A stretch of DNA of 64,000 bases from Rebecca billardiae RCC1528 (taxonomy: Eukaryota > Protista > Haptophyta), in contig OZ251225.1 of NCBI GenBank assembly GCA_965240325.2, positions 1,426,001-1,490,000 of the forward strand, in the 5' to 3' direction. The notes under the pieces were generated by a model. It was not told where the DNA came from and searched no databases. It saw nothing but the letters and a program-made list of their open reading frames with translations. The stretch's first letter is position 1. The number at the start of each line of letters is the position of its first letter. Below are positions 43,783 through 54,405 of this stretch, piece by piece. Both the position numbers and the translations under genes were made by a program.

Positions 43783-44943
43783 ATGCTCGACATCGCTCAC
43801 TTCCGGGACGACAAGTGGGGTGACGTGCGCACCGTGTGCGAGTCGCAGAGGCGCCGGCGTGCGCGTGTCCAGCTCGTTGACCAGGTCGTTAAGCTCGATC
43901 GCGCTTGGCGCGAGCTATGCCCGGCCGTGGACAAACTCAACAAGTCGCTGGGAGACATCACGCGCCAGTGCAAGCGAGGCACTCGGCCGAGTGAAGCTGA
44001 TCGAGCACGCGCAAAGACGCTCAAAGCCGAGGCCGCGCGCCTGCAGCAAGAGATGCATGGCGCGGAGGTTGCGCTGATCGACGCTCTCCGAGCCGTCCCC
44101 AACCTTGTACACCAGGATGCTCCGCATGGCGAGCCCGGCCCAGAGCATCGCCGGCCGCTGAGCACGCATCAGGCCGTGGGCGTGATCGACGAGAGCGTGC
44201 TGAAGAGCGCGCGCACCCTGAGTGACCACATCGTACACAGGCTCGTGCGCGGCAGCGCAGAAGCCGCGCCATCGGTCGCCGACGACCAGCCATCCCCAGA
44301 GCATGCGCGCCCTGCTGCTGACGACAGCCGGGCCGCCGGCATTCGCGCGCGTGTGCATGGCATGCGCATGCGCGCAGGTGGCGGCGATGCGCGGCTGACA
44401 CCGGGTGGCGCGGTCCACGGATGCCTATGGCTCGCTCCGCACGAGCTGCCGGCGCGCTGTGTCTTCGATGGGCTCCATCAGGGAGCCACCAACGCACCTC
44501 CGAACTCATCAGCAATGCAGCTGTCATCGCCACAGCGCGGCGCGTTGGCTGGCTGCATGGAGCTGTGGGTGCTGAGCGCTGGCGATCCGTACAGCAGCTG
44601 GGATTGCCTGGAGGAGCTGCGGGCGGATGCAGTCGCCGCGCTCGTCGGGCTGGGCATAAGCGTTGGTGTGCGCGACCTGCCTGCAGATGAGCTCGCGCCA
44701 GAAGCAGCGCGCACTTACGACCTGCACGCGCTGAGCTCCGACCAGCTCACAACGCGCGGTCCTGTCCTCGCGCGCTGCACAAACCACGCCGACTACTTGG
44801 CTCGCGCGCACGGCGTGCGCGTCCAGTCCGAGAAGCTGAGGGACCACTGCAAGCGGTACGTGCACACCACGGTGCTCTCATTCGCACCCACGGACACTTT
44901 GCTCACTATGCTGCATCAGAATCAGTCACGGCTTCAAGTATGA
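43783..44943 (+). CDS. Seryl-tRNA synthetase-like protein (cytosolic type), catalytic motifs degenerate
   Basis: N-terminus MLDIAHFRDDKWGDVRTVCESQRRRRARVQLVDQVVKLDRAWR...VPNLVH matches the eukaryotic SerRS arm. The C-terminal SWDCLEEL, AARTYDLHA, LARCTNHADYLAR, KRYVH blocks align with the SerRS catalytic domain, but TxE, motif 2 and motif 3 residues are lost. Confidence 0.85.
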   Translation: MLDIAHFRDDKWGDVRTVCESQRRRRARVQLVDQVVKLDRAWRELCPAVDKLNKSLGDITRQCKRGTRPSEADRARAKTLKAEAARLQQEMHGAEVALIDALRAVPNLVHQDAPHGEPGPEHRRPLSTHQAVGVIDESVLKSARTLSDHIVHRLVRGSAEAAPSVADDQPSPEHARPAADDSRAAGIRARVHGMRMRAGGGDARLTPGGAVHGCLWLAPHELPARCVFDGLHQGATNAPPNSSAMQLSSPQRGALAGCMELWVLSAGDPYSSWDCLEELRADAVAALVGLGISVGVRDLPADELAPEAARTYDLHALSSDQLTTRGPVLARCTNHADYLARAHGVRVQSEKLRDHCKRYVHTTVLSFAPTDTLLTMLHQNQSRLQV

Positions 44944-45548
44944 GTCGGCCGTGACTGACGTGAAGACATATCATCAGAGTCGCGCCGCTTGCCCGCCCGG
45001 CGGCCGCTGCATGTCCATATGCCGCCCATGTATAGCCTGTCCGACTGTGATATTGTACAACCGCCATGCCGATCTTGACTCGTGCCGCCTCGGTCTCGGT
45101 CTCGGAGCGGAGTCGGAGCCATCCGACCGGGGAACACAGTAGTTTGAGTCGTCGGCGACGATCGGAGCGCCGCTGCCTAACTCAGTTAGGGCCTTCAGCC
45201 GAGTCGTCCGGGCCGTTCCAGGTACGTAGGCTTCATCATCAATGACGGCGTACTAGCGCTGTATGTCGGCGTGCACTGCGCGACTGACTGCCTCTGACGG
45301 CTTAGAGTGACTCCGTTACCACCCCACGACTCCCCGGGCGGTTTTCTATCTTATTGGCATATGATACGCGTCGTAGTGCACTCAGACTGCATTATTATTG
45401 CTGATGAAGCTAGTGCCTAGTTAGTTAGCTAGCTAGTAGCTACGTTACTACTTTACGACGCACGTCCGGCACAGCCGGCGGCTCAAGGGTATATTCCTAA
45501 TGTAAAAACAGTTTGTTCTGCTACTTCTTCTAGTTATTAAGATCGAGT

Positions 45549-45644
45549 AAGAATCAGCAGCAGCATCGAACCGTCAGAATTCACTGATATGCCCTGAAGA
45601 ATCAGCAGCAGCATCGAACCGTCAGAATTCACTGATATGCCCTG
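45549..45644. repeat. Perfect 48-bp tandem duplication
   Basis: aagaatcagcagcagcatcgaaccgtcagaattcactgatatgccctg x2. Confidence 0.95.
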
Positions 45645-46162
45645 ATTATGAGCGCGCGGATTTAATTTGATTAGCAGTCGCGCGATGACCCGGCCTGATG
45701 AGATGAGCTGCGCGCCGGCTGCCACTGTAATATACTGCCGGTAACGGTCGGTCGGTAGCTATATATTGTTGATTACGTTGTGAGTGCTGATTATCATGAT
45801 GCGCGATCCTACGGCGCGGAGTATATATGTACGCCTACGGAGTACGGCGGTTATTTCTAAATAGAATATATACGCACTTTATTGTCGATCTGACTTGGCT
45901 GAAGACTTCAAGGGGCTGCGTAGTCACGTTGCCAACGGTCGGCTGCCAGGGGCCGCGTCCGGGCGTACCCGTGGCGTAGTGAGCTGCGCGCACGTGCTGC
46001 CGGGCAGTCTAATGAATCACTTCCAGAGCACGTCGTGATAGAGACTGCGCATCGGACCGCGACGTGCTTCAAGACCACGCCGATTGCGTGCGCGTTGGAG
46101 GCGTTGTTCCCTGGCAGAAATCCTGTGTGAGTGCCACTGTGTGCGCAAGATGACGGCCCGCC

Positions 46163-47090
46163 TTAGGGCTGCTGCTTGTTCGCTTCGCGCTTCGTGCGCC
46201 CTTTCTCCCACGCCTCCTCGAGCTTCTTTTTCGTGGTGTCGTCGGCATCGCGATACATCTCCGACAGCAGCTGCGCGGTTGATTTGCCTTCGTTGTGCTT
46301 AGCTTGCTCTGCCTTGCGCGCCTCCGCCTTTTTCTTGGAGTCGTCCACCGAGCCCCACTCCGCATCTGGCACCTTCTTCGCCAGCTTGATGAGGATGCGA
46401 TCGCTGCGGGGCAGGCGGGGCACACGCCAAGGCCGGTCGGGTTGTGCTCACGCGCGGCGCGGGGCTCTGTGTCGTGCGCAGCACGCTCTCTCACCTCTTG
46501 ACGTTGCAGCTGCTCTTGTCGGGGTCGATCTCGTCGAAGAGCGGCCGCACGAGAAGGACGCGGTCCTTCTCGCCGGTCTGGTTCACACGGAGGCTGAGGG
46601 CGTTCGATTCAAACTCGCATGCGATGTTGCCCTCGGGCAGCTTGTCCACGCCCTCCATAGAGATGTACAGCCTGTGGGGGCACGCGCGCGCGCGCGTGGA
46701 GCGAGCACGTGAAGTGCCAGCGCAGGCGACTTCACCGAGGCGGGCGCAGGCGCTTACTTTACGAATTTGCCGGTCTGTTTGCGCGCGGGCGTGGGAAACG
46801 CGCGCGAGTTGGAGCACGCCGCTGTCAGCACGCGTGGGCGCGCGCAGCGGAGGCGCGAGCGCGTTCGTGCAGCGTGCACGCGGAGTTACCTGATCCCAAG
46901 CATAGCTTGTGATTCGGTTGTCGCCGGCCACAGGCTGGTTGCGGGACGGTTTTGCGGCGATGTCCTCGGAGAGAGCAGCCCGGTGCTCATCCTCGAGGGC
47001 GAGCAGCTCCTTTCGGAGCACTCGTCGCGCTCGCTCCGTTCTGGCCTGCGCCAGGAGCTCCCTGCATTGAGCCAAGTCATCCGACGCCAT
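46163..47090 (-). CDS. CACYBP: Calcyclin-binding protein / Siah-interacting protein (N-terminal helices + CS + SGS); exons 47090-46890, 46774-46758, 46671-46495, 46403-46163
   Basis: The spliced product reads ...ITSYAWDQ|TGKFVK|LYISMEGV...CEFESNALSL...LFDEIDPDKSSCNVK|SDRILIKLAKK...W...LLSEMYRDADDTTKKKLEEAWEKGR. Confidence 0.87.
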
Positions 47091-47367
47091 CGGTGGCCGC
47101 GGCATTGGTGGCCGCGAAAGCGACTCCGCGACTTGCCACGACCCACCTCGAACCGTCGTATTGTACTACTACTATTGTACTATGATAGTACTGTAGGTAC
47201 GGTACTGCAACTTGAACTTGCACGCATTGTCAAGCCTTGAAGGGCCGTGGTCAAGCGGTTGAAATTGGTTGACGACCAATAATCCAAGGCCTGTTGCGCG
47301 GGCAGCTCGTGGTCCGTGTCGTCAGTCGTCACTCGTCTGGACTGGTGTGCCGCGGGGCCAGACGACG

Positions 47368-48303
47368 ATGGCGTCGCATCTGGTGCCCTTTCCACACTCA
47401 CGACGACGTCGGCTGGCCGTGATAGCGATGTGCGTGGTGTTCGCGGCGGTGGCATCCGCGCATACGGCCGATGAGCGCGCGGGGGACGTGCCAAGGCATG
47501 GCATCGGTGGCCACTACTGGAAGAAGTACCACGCCGACATCAGGCGAAGCGTGCAGAACATGAGCACGGCAACCAACGTGATTCTTTTCGGCTGCATCGA
47601 GTGGTGCCGAAAATTTGGTCGCGACTATCTGTGCATGTCGTACAGGCGGCACGAGCGACGCGCGTTGCACGGGCTGCAGTACGAGGTTGTGTGCAACTCC
47701 GGCGACACGACCAATAATATGCTGTGGGGGCTGTTGCATGGCGAGCTGCCGCCGGCAGGCGTCAAGCACGTGGAGGCAGTCGTGTACATCCCTGGCCCGT
47801 ATAACCTCGTGGTGCTCTCGCCGATGTTGCGATCAGACGTCATCACCCCGGAGCAGGCCGCTGAGGGCTGGCTACAGGGTGCAAAGGCCGTGCTGGGCAA
47901 CCTGACGCAGCGCTTCGCGCCACGTGCGCGCGTCATCACTCTGGGCGTGCTGCCACATGGCGACACAGGCTCTGTCGAGCTCGACGTGATCGCCCGACTG
48001 AATCGCGGCCTCCAAATGGTCGCGCGTGCGACGCCGCGGCATCACTGGGTCGATTGCACGCACATGGTCCTCAAGCCGGAGGGCGGCGTCGACTGCTCGC
48101 TGATTGACTGCGAGCCTGGGCACGCATTCATCCTGACACCACGCGGGTATCAGAAGGTGATGAGCAACTGCCTCGCGCCGCGCATGCGCAGCATCCTGTC
48201 TGGCACGCCCAGTGAGCTGTTTGAGCCACACGCAGGCCTACGAGCTGACGATGTGGTGGGAAGCGCTCCCGCCGACGCCGAGCACGTGGTCGTGAGCAGA
48301 TGA
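47368..48303 (+). CDS. Secreted/anchored SGNH (GDSL/PAF-acetylhydrolase-like) fold protein, catalytic residues apparently altered
   Basis: Signal peptide, NVILFGCIEW, SGDTTNNMLWGLLHGEL, VVYIPGPYNL, ARVITLGVLP, WVDC...LTPRGYQK follow the PAF-AH Ib block order. Confidence 0.7.
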   Translation: MASHLVPFPHSRRRRLAVIAMCVVFAAVASAHTADERAGDVPRHGIGGHYWKKYHADIRRSVQNMSTATNVILFGCIEWCRKFGRDYLCMSYRRHERRALHGLQYEVVCNSGDTTNNMLWGLLHGELPPAGVKHVEAVVYIPGPYNLVVLSPMLRSDVITPEQAAEGWLQGAKAVLGNLTQRFAPRARVITLGVLPHGDTGSVELDVIARLNRGLQMVARATPRHHWVDCTHMVLKPEGGVDCSLIDCEPGHAFILTPRGYQKVMSNCLAPRMRSILSGTPSELFEPHAGLRADDVVGSAPADAEHVVVSR

Positions 48304-48910
48304 CACACGACCGCGGCCGGCGGTCTGGCGGGATGCCCTCCGGGCGCCGCCGCGGCGCAGGCCGCGCCGGCCGATCAGACTCAGGCCGGCGGTCCGGGTC
48401 GCCGAGTCCGCGACGGCAAGAGCCATCACTAGGCAGAGAGTCCACGGCCCTTCACGGGTAGTCATGTTGTCGGTCGACTCTCGACTGGCCCGTGCCGGGC
48501 TACCGCCGTCGGTCGCCGCGCCAGGCCGCTGCCAGTGGCGATCGACGTCGTCCGGTCGAATTATATATATTATATTAAAATTATTGCATATTATTCATGA
48601 ATATTTTTGATATACTACTGCTGTCACCCCGCGATCTGATCATTACTGTCACTAAGTGACTGCTGCAGTACTGTCACTCACTGCCTGCTGAGTGTGATAA
48701 GCTACTAGCTAGTCTGCAATGATACGCCCGGCACGGCCGCACAGACGGCGCGCGCTGCCGGACTTGACGGCTCATTCATTATCAATGTTCGGTCGATCGC
48801 TGCATCCGACGAGTGCGCATCACGTGAACGTGAGCCAACGCCGCCCCGGCGAGTAGCTCGGACTGGCCTCGGACAGGCTACGGTGTCGGATGGCCGATGG
48901 CGCCCGGTCC

Positions 48911-49474
48911 TCACCGTGATGCGAGCGTGCGCGCGATTTCGCGGCCAAAGGCTGGCTGGTCGAACCGGAACAGCTTGGTGCCGCCAGCCACCGTCGCCTC
49001 CGAGGAGGGCGCGATGCCCTCGATGGGCCAGTGGAAGGATATCACGCGCGCACGCTCCGGCAGCGAGGCGAGCGCTGGCAGTAGCTGCCGATTGCCGCTC
49101 GTGCTGAGGTAGAGCGTGACGACGCTGACGTCGCGCAGGTCTGCCTTGGCCGCGTCGCCCTCGTGGATCTCGACTCTGCTGGCGAGGCCCGCGTCACGGA
49201 CCGACTGGCGCGCGGCCGCAGCCAGCGTGCTGTCGTACTCGTACCCAACCGCGCGCGCCGCGCCAAACTCGCGCACGCCGAGCACGCACAGCCGGCCGTC
49301 GCCGCAGCCGAGGTCGGCGAGCACGTCGTCGCGTCCCACCTCGGCGAGCCGGAGCATGGCGGCGCAGACGGGGAGCGGGGTGGGGACGAAGGGCGCCAGC
49401 CGCGTGCCCAGGATGAAGCGCGCCCACGAGCCGAGCCACAGCCCGCCCTCCGCCACGGAGCTGGTGAACTTCAT
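48911..49474 (-). CDS. Class I SAM-dependent protein methyltransferase (FAM173/ATPSCKMT-like)
   Basis: LAPFVPTP...AMLRLAEVGRDDVLADLGCGDGRL...AVGYE...GDAAKADLRDVSVVTLYL...ARVISFHWPI. Confidence 0.85.
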   Translation of the reverse strand: MKFTSSVAEGGLWLGSWARFILGTRLAPFVPTPLPVCAAMLRLAEVGRDDVLADLGCGDGRLCVLGVREFGAARAVGYEYDSTLAAAARQSVRDAGLASRVEIHEGDAAKADLRDVSVVTLYLSTSGNRQLLPALASLPERARVISFHWPIEGIAPSSEATVAGGTKLFRFDQPAFGREIARTLASR

Positions 49475-49845
49475 GCCGCCGTCACCAGCGCCTCCGGGAG
49501 GCAAGCGCAGCCATCATGGACTGACTGCTGTTCGTGTGCGGGGCGGGCAGACCTTGCGGTTGCGTGCCCGGTCCGCTCGCAGCGCGTCCGGCGTGAGGAG
49601 CGTCGTGCCGGGCCGAGGCCTAGCGGGGAGATCCGCGTGCGACACGTGGCGGCCGCCGCCGCTTTCTAACTGGCGAGCGGGTGGTTTCCCACAGACCACG
49701 TACGAACTTCAGCCGCTTCCACCCGACTCGCTTCCGCAAGGCCGCAGAGAAGATTTTGGAAAGCGCGAGCATCTGATTGATTGTGGGCCTTGCGCGTGCA
49801 TCCTGGGTGGCGCAGCAAAGGCGGCCCGCGAGGAAGTAATCGACG

Positions 49846-52223
49846 ATGTTCAGCCGCACGGCGTGGCGCGTGGGCGCGGGATGCTCGGCCGCGGCCGCGG
49901 CGGGGGCGGTGGTGTACGCGAACATGCCCACCGTTGAGGCTTCCGCTGGCCTTAAGAAGCGCTACTCGATCATGGACGAGGCTGACGTCGATGGCGAGAC
50001 GGTCGCTGTGCCCAAGTGGCAGCCGCCCACGCGCGCCGAGATGAAGGAGGCGATGAAGGGGCAGGAGTTTGACGTGCTGGTCATCGGCGGCGGTGCGACG
50101 GGCACCGGCGTTGCGATGGACGCCTCGACGCGCGGCCTCAAGGTCGCGCTCGTCGAGCGTGACGACTTTGCGTCGGGCACGTCGTCGCGCTCGACGAAGC
50201 TCATCCACGGCGGCATCCGCTACCTCGCACAGGCGTTCCAGTCGAAGATCCCGCCGAACACGCTGATGGACGTGTTCCTGCACCTGCGCTACAACCACGA
50301 GTACATGAAGATCGTGCAGGCCGACCTCTTCGAGCGCGCGTACATGATCGACTCGGCGCCGTTCATGACGCACCCGATCCCGATGATGGCATGCGCCGCG
50401 CCGAGCGCACCGCGCCGCGCGCCGCGCGCCCCGCGCGCCGCGCGCACGGCGCCGCCCGGCGCGCGCGGGCTGAGCCGGCGGCATGCGCGCCGCGCGCGCC
50501 CCGCGCCCGCCCCGCGCCCAGGTGCCGCTGTACAAGTGGTGGGAGGTGCCGATGATGTTCTTCACCGGCAAGCTGTACGACCTGATTGCCGGCCGGCGGC
50601 GCACGGTGCCGCCGAGCCACTTCATCCCGCGCGACGAGGCGCTGTACCAGTTCCCGTCGATGAAGGACAAGGACAACGAGGGGAACGGGCTGAAGGGCTG
50701 CCTCGTCATCTACGACGGCCAGCAGAACGACACGCGCATGAACCTGCACATTGCGCTCACCGCGATCAACGCGGGCGCGATGGCGCAGAACCACACCGAG
50801 GTGCTCTCGCTCCTCACGTCGGGCACGAAGGGCTCGAAGGACTACAAGGTGACGGGCGCGCAGGTGCGCGACATGATCACGGGCGAGGAGTACAGCGTGC
50901 GCGCCAAGCAGGTGATCAACGCGTGCGGCGTCTTCTCCGACAAGATCCGCCGGATGGCCGACCCCGAGTGCCGCGAGATCATGGTGCCCGCGCCGGGCAC
51001 GCACCTCATCATGCCCGACTACTGCTCGCCCGACCAGATGGGCATGGTGTGGTTCACCAAGGACGGGCGGATCCTGTACCTGCTCCCGTGGGAGGGCTCG
51101 ACCATCGCGGGCACCACCGACACCAAGGGCGAGATCACCTTCGAGCCGCGCCCCACCGTGCCCGAGATCGACTTCATCCTGAGCGAGTGCAACCGCGTGC
51201 TCAAGGATCCGGTCGACTACTCGACGGTGCGCTCGGCGTGGTCGGGGATCCGCCCGCTGGTGCGCGACCCGAAGGCGGACCCGAGCGACACGAAGAAGCT
51301 CTCGCGCGACCACGTCGTCGACGTCGTCGCGGGCAACCTCGTCACCATCGCCGGCGGCAAGTGGACGACCTACCGCAAGATGGCGGAGGACGCGGTCGAC
51401 AAGGCGATCGCCGTCAACGCCGATCTCAAGGCGTCGGTGCAGTCGGGCTGCATCACGTCGACGATGCAGCTGGTCGGCGCGGACCGCGGCGGCGAGATCT
51501 GCAACCAGAACTTCGACCGCGTCACCGTCACGCTGCGCGAGGAGTTCGGCATGGACAAGGACACGGCCAACCACCTGCGCGGCAACTACGGCACGCGCGC
51601 GCTGCAGCTCGCCGTGCTGGCCAAGAACAGCTACTCGCACGTCGACAAGGGCAAGACCTTCTACAAGCGGCTGCACCCCAAGTACCCGCAGCTCGAGGCG
51701 GAGGTGGCGTTCGCGGCCCGGTGCGCGCGCTCGCGCGCGCGCGCCACCGTCCCCGCCGCGCGCCCCCGCCGCGCGCGCGCCGCGGTGCGGCTCACACCGC
51801 ACCGCGCGATCGCGCGCGCCGCGCACGCGGCCACGGCAGGCACGACTTTGCGGAGACGGCGACGGACGTGATCGCGCGGCGCACGCGCATGTCGTTCCTG
51901 GACGCGTCGGCCACGATCGAGATCCTGCCGAAGGTGCTCGAGATCATGGCCAAGGAGAAGGGCTGGAGCAGCTCGCGCATCGCACAGGAGGAGAAGGACG
52001 TGCGCGCGCGCGCTGCGCGAGCGCGCGCTCCGCTTCGCAGCCCCACGCGCCCCGTGGCTCACGCGGCACGCGCTCGCGCACGTGCGCGCGTTCTCCCTGC
52101 CAGGCGCGCCGCTTCCTTGAGACCATGTACCTCCCGGAGGGCAGCGCAGCCGAGGTGGTCAAGCGCGGCGCCAGCAAAAAGCTCGTGAAGAAGCTCACCT
52201 ACCTCCCAGAGGGCGCCAAGTGA
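49846..52223 (+). CDS. GPD2: Mitochondrial FAD-dependent glycerol-3-phosphate dehydrogenase; introns 50389-50521 (GC-AG), 51721-51839, 52000-52103
   Basis: [87 protein letters not shown]; mitochondrial-type presequence. Confidence 0.96.
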
Positions 52224-52791
52224 GCTTGAGCTCTCCCCCGCAACGCCCGCGCCGATGGCTCTCAGCGGGCGGCACTGCATTCAGAGTGCGCTTGCACACG
52301 GTCGTTGATCCGCGCCAACCCTGGCGTTGGACGTGTTGGTTGCGCCAATCACGGCACTTCCGACACCGGGGCTCCCCTGCCTGCTCTCCTGTCTGCCTGC
52401 GCCTACGCGCGCGGGTGGCGGCGGCAGTCAGCTACGTATCCGATGTGACACTTTTCCGGCGCTGCGACTGCGTCATCGTAGTTCGTACTAGGGACACGAC
52501 GACATATGCGCGCCATATCACCAGTTGTGAACATATGCATTGTCAGACTATGAAACCGTGTGTAGAATCCACTCCCGCTCCACGGTCGAGTGGCCTCCGA
52601 CGGCTGAGTCACTGAAATTCATGTTCCATCATCGGAGTCTACAGTTTATGAAGTCCTACGTCGTCGGCCTCATATTCAGTCGGGGCAGCGCTGGTCCCGG
52701 GCCCGGGCATGCCGCGCTCAACACTTCCGGCGCTGCTTGTTCCTGTAGTTGTCGCGAATCCAAGATTCGCCGGTGGTTCCCGTTCATGATC

Positions 52792-54021
52792 ATGGCGCGC
52801 CGCCTCTTCCGCTCGCGCGGCGCGTCGAGCCGGCTGGGCATGGTGGCGTGCTGCTCGAGCGCGGCGTTATACCTCGGCGCGCAGGCGTTTTTTGTCACAC
52901 ACGCCGACGGTGGCGCGGCCGTGGCCGCCTCCGCGCGCCGCGCCGCGCCGCTGGCCACGTTTGGCGTGATCGCCGACGTGCAGTACGTCGACGCGCCCGA
53001 CGGCAGCAACTACAAGAAGACGGTGAAGCGGCACTACCGCGGCTCGCTCGAGGTGCTGCGCCGGGCGGTGGCCTGGTGGAACGCCGAGCCGCGCGTGGAC
53101 TTCGTCGCCAACCTCGGCGACGTGGTCGACGGGCAGTGCGCGCGGCTCGGCCAGTCGGAGTCGGCGCTGCGCACGGTCGTACACGAGTTTGGCCGCTGCG
53201 CGCACGGCGGGCGCGTGGCGCACCTGGTGGGGAACCACGAGCTGTACAACTTCCCGGACCGCGACGCGCTCGACGCGCGGCTGGGCCACCGCGCCGGCGG
53301 CCCCACCGACTACTACGCGTTCAGCGTCGGGCGCGCGGGCGGCGACGCGGCCGCGCCGCGCGTGCGCGTGCTCTGCCTTGACCCGTACCAGATCGCGCTG
53401 ATGAGCACGGACGAGGCGGCGAAGGCGGAGGCGCTGCGCCGGCTGAAGGCGCACAACCCGAACGACGTGGAGCACGCGGCCGACTGGACGCAGGGCCTGC
53501 GCGACGGCGAGCGCCACTGGGTGCCGTACAACGGCGCGCTCGGCGCTGAGCAGCTCCGATGGCTCGCGGCCGAGCTCGCGAGCGCCGAGGCCGCGGCCGA
53601 GCCGGTCGTGGTGCTGTCGCACACGCCGCTGCACCCGGGCGCGTGCGACGGGACGACGATGGCGTGGGACTGGGAGGACGCCCTCGCCACGATCGACGCG
53701 CACGCCGGCAACGTCGTCGCCATCATCGCCGGCCACGACCACAAGGGCGGCTACCACCGCGACCGCGCGGGCGTGCACCACATCACGCTCAAGTCTCCGC
53801 TCAACCTGGGCAGCCTGGGCGAGTGCTACGGCCTCGTCGAGGTGCACGAGTCCGCGATCGAGATCCACAGCCCACGGCTGGGCGACCTGCTGCCCCCCAC
53901 CGCACTCCAGTCGGAGGGAGTGTCGACCTCGGGCCAGCCCGACGTCGGCAGCGCGCGCGTGCCGGGCGCGCTGCCCCGCGAGGTGCTGAGGCTGAGCAGG
54001 CTGCCAGCGCCGTCGCGGTGA
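52792..54021 (+). CDS. ADPRM: Mn2+-dependent ADP-ribose/CDP-alcohol diphosphatase (metallophosphoesterase)
   Basis: FGVIADVQY, RHYRGSL, NLGDVVDG, GNHELYNF, YNGALGAEQLRWL, SHTPLHP, AGHDHKGGY. Confidence 0.9.
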   Translation: MARRLFRSRGASSRLGMVACCSSAALYLGAQAFFVTHADGGAAVAASARRAAPLATFGVIADVQYVDAPDGSNYKKTVKRHYRGSLEVLRRAVAWWNAEPRVDFVANLGDVVDGQCARLGQSESALRTVVHEFGRCAHGGRVAHLVGNHELYNFPDRDALDARLGHRAGGPTDYYAFSVGRAGGDAAAPRVRVLCLDPYQIALMSTDEAAKAEALRRLKAHNPNDVEHAADWTQGLRDGERHWVPYNGALGAEQLRWLAAELASAEAAAEPVVVLSHTPLHPGACDGTTMAWDWEDALATIDAHAGNVVAIIAGHDHKGGYHRDRAGVHHITLKSPLNLGSLGECYGLVEVHESAIEIHSPRLGDLLPPTALQSEGVSTSGQPDVGSARVPGALPREVLRLSRLPAPSR

Positions 54022-54405
54022 GGGCGGGCCTCTACCCACTGCACCACGACGACGTCGTGACTCTGCACAGACCGCGGCCGATGTGCGTGCCGCGAGGACC
54101 CTGACGACGCCTCATCACGGCCTTGTCAGCCCTCGCGGGCTCGGCCTCGCCCTTGGCCTGGCGCGGCTGGCGCCCGGCCCCGCCTGACTGAGACCCCGCA
54201 GCGCCCTCGCCCTCGTCCTCGGGCTCGGGCTCGGGTGTCAGGTTCAGCGCGGCTGGACGGCGCTGCTCGCGCGTCAACGATATGCAATAATGCTGCATAG
54301 CTTAATTCAAGGGGCCTATCTTAAGAACTCATCGTGAAACATCGGCGTCAGCCTTCAATGCGACGCGACAGTCTTAGGAAGTCGGCTGATTGATCGACTC
54401 AGATG

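Noticed and set aside
45549-45644. 48-bp perfect tandem duplication as a functional element
   Set aside because: Two copies in a convergent intergenic spacer. Most simply explained as replication slippage.
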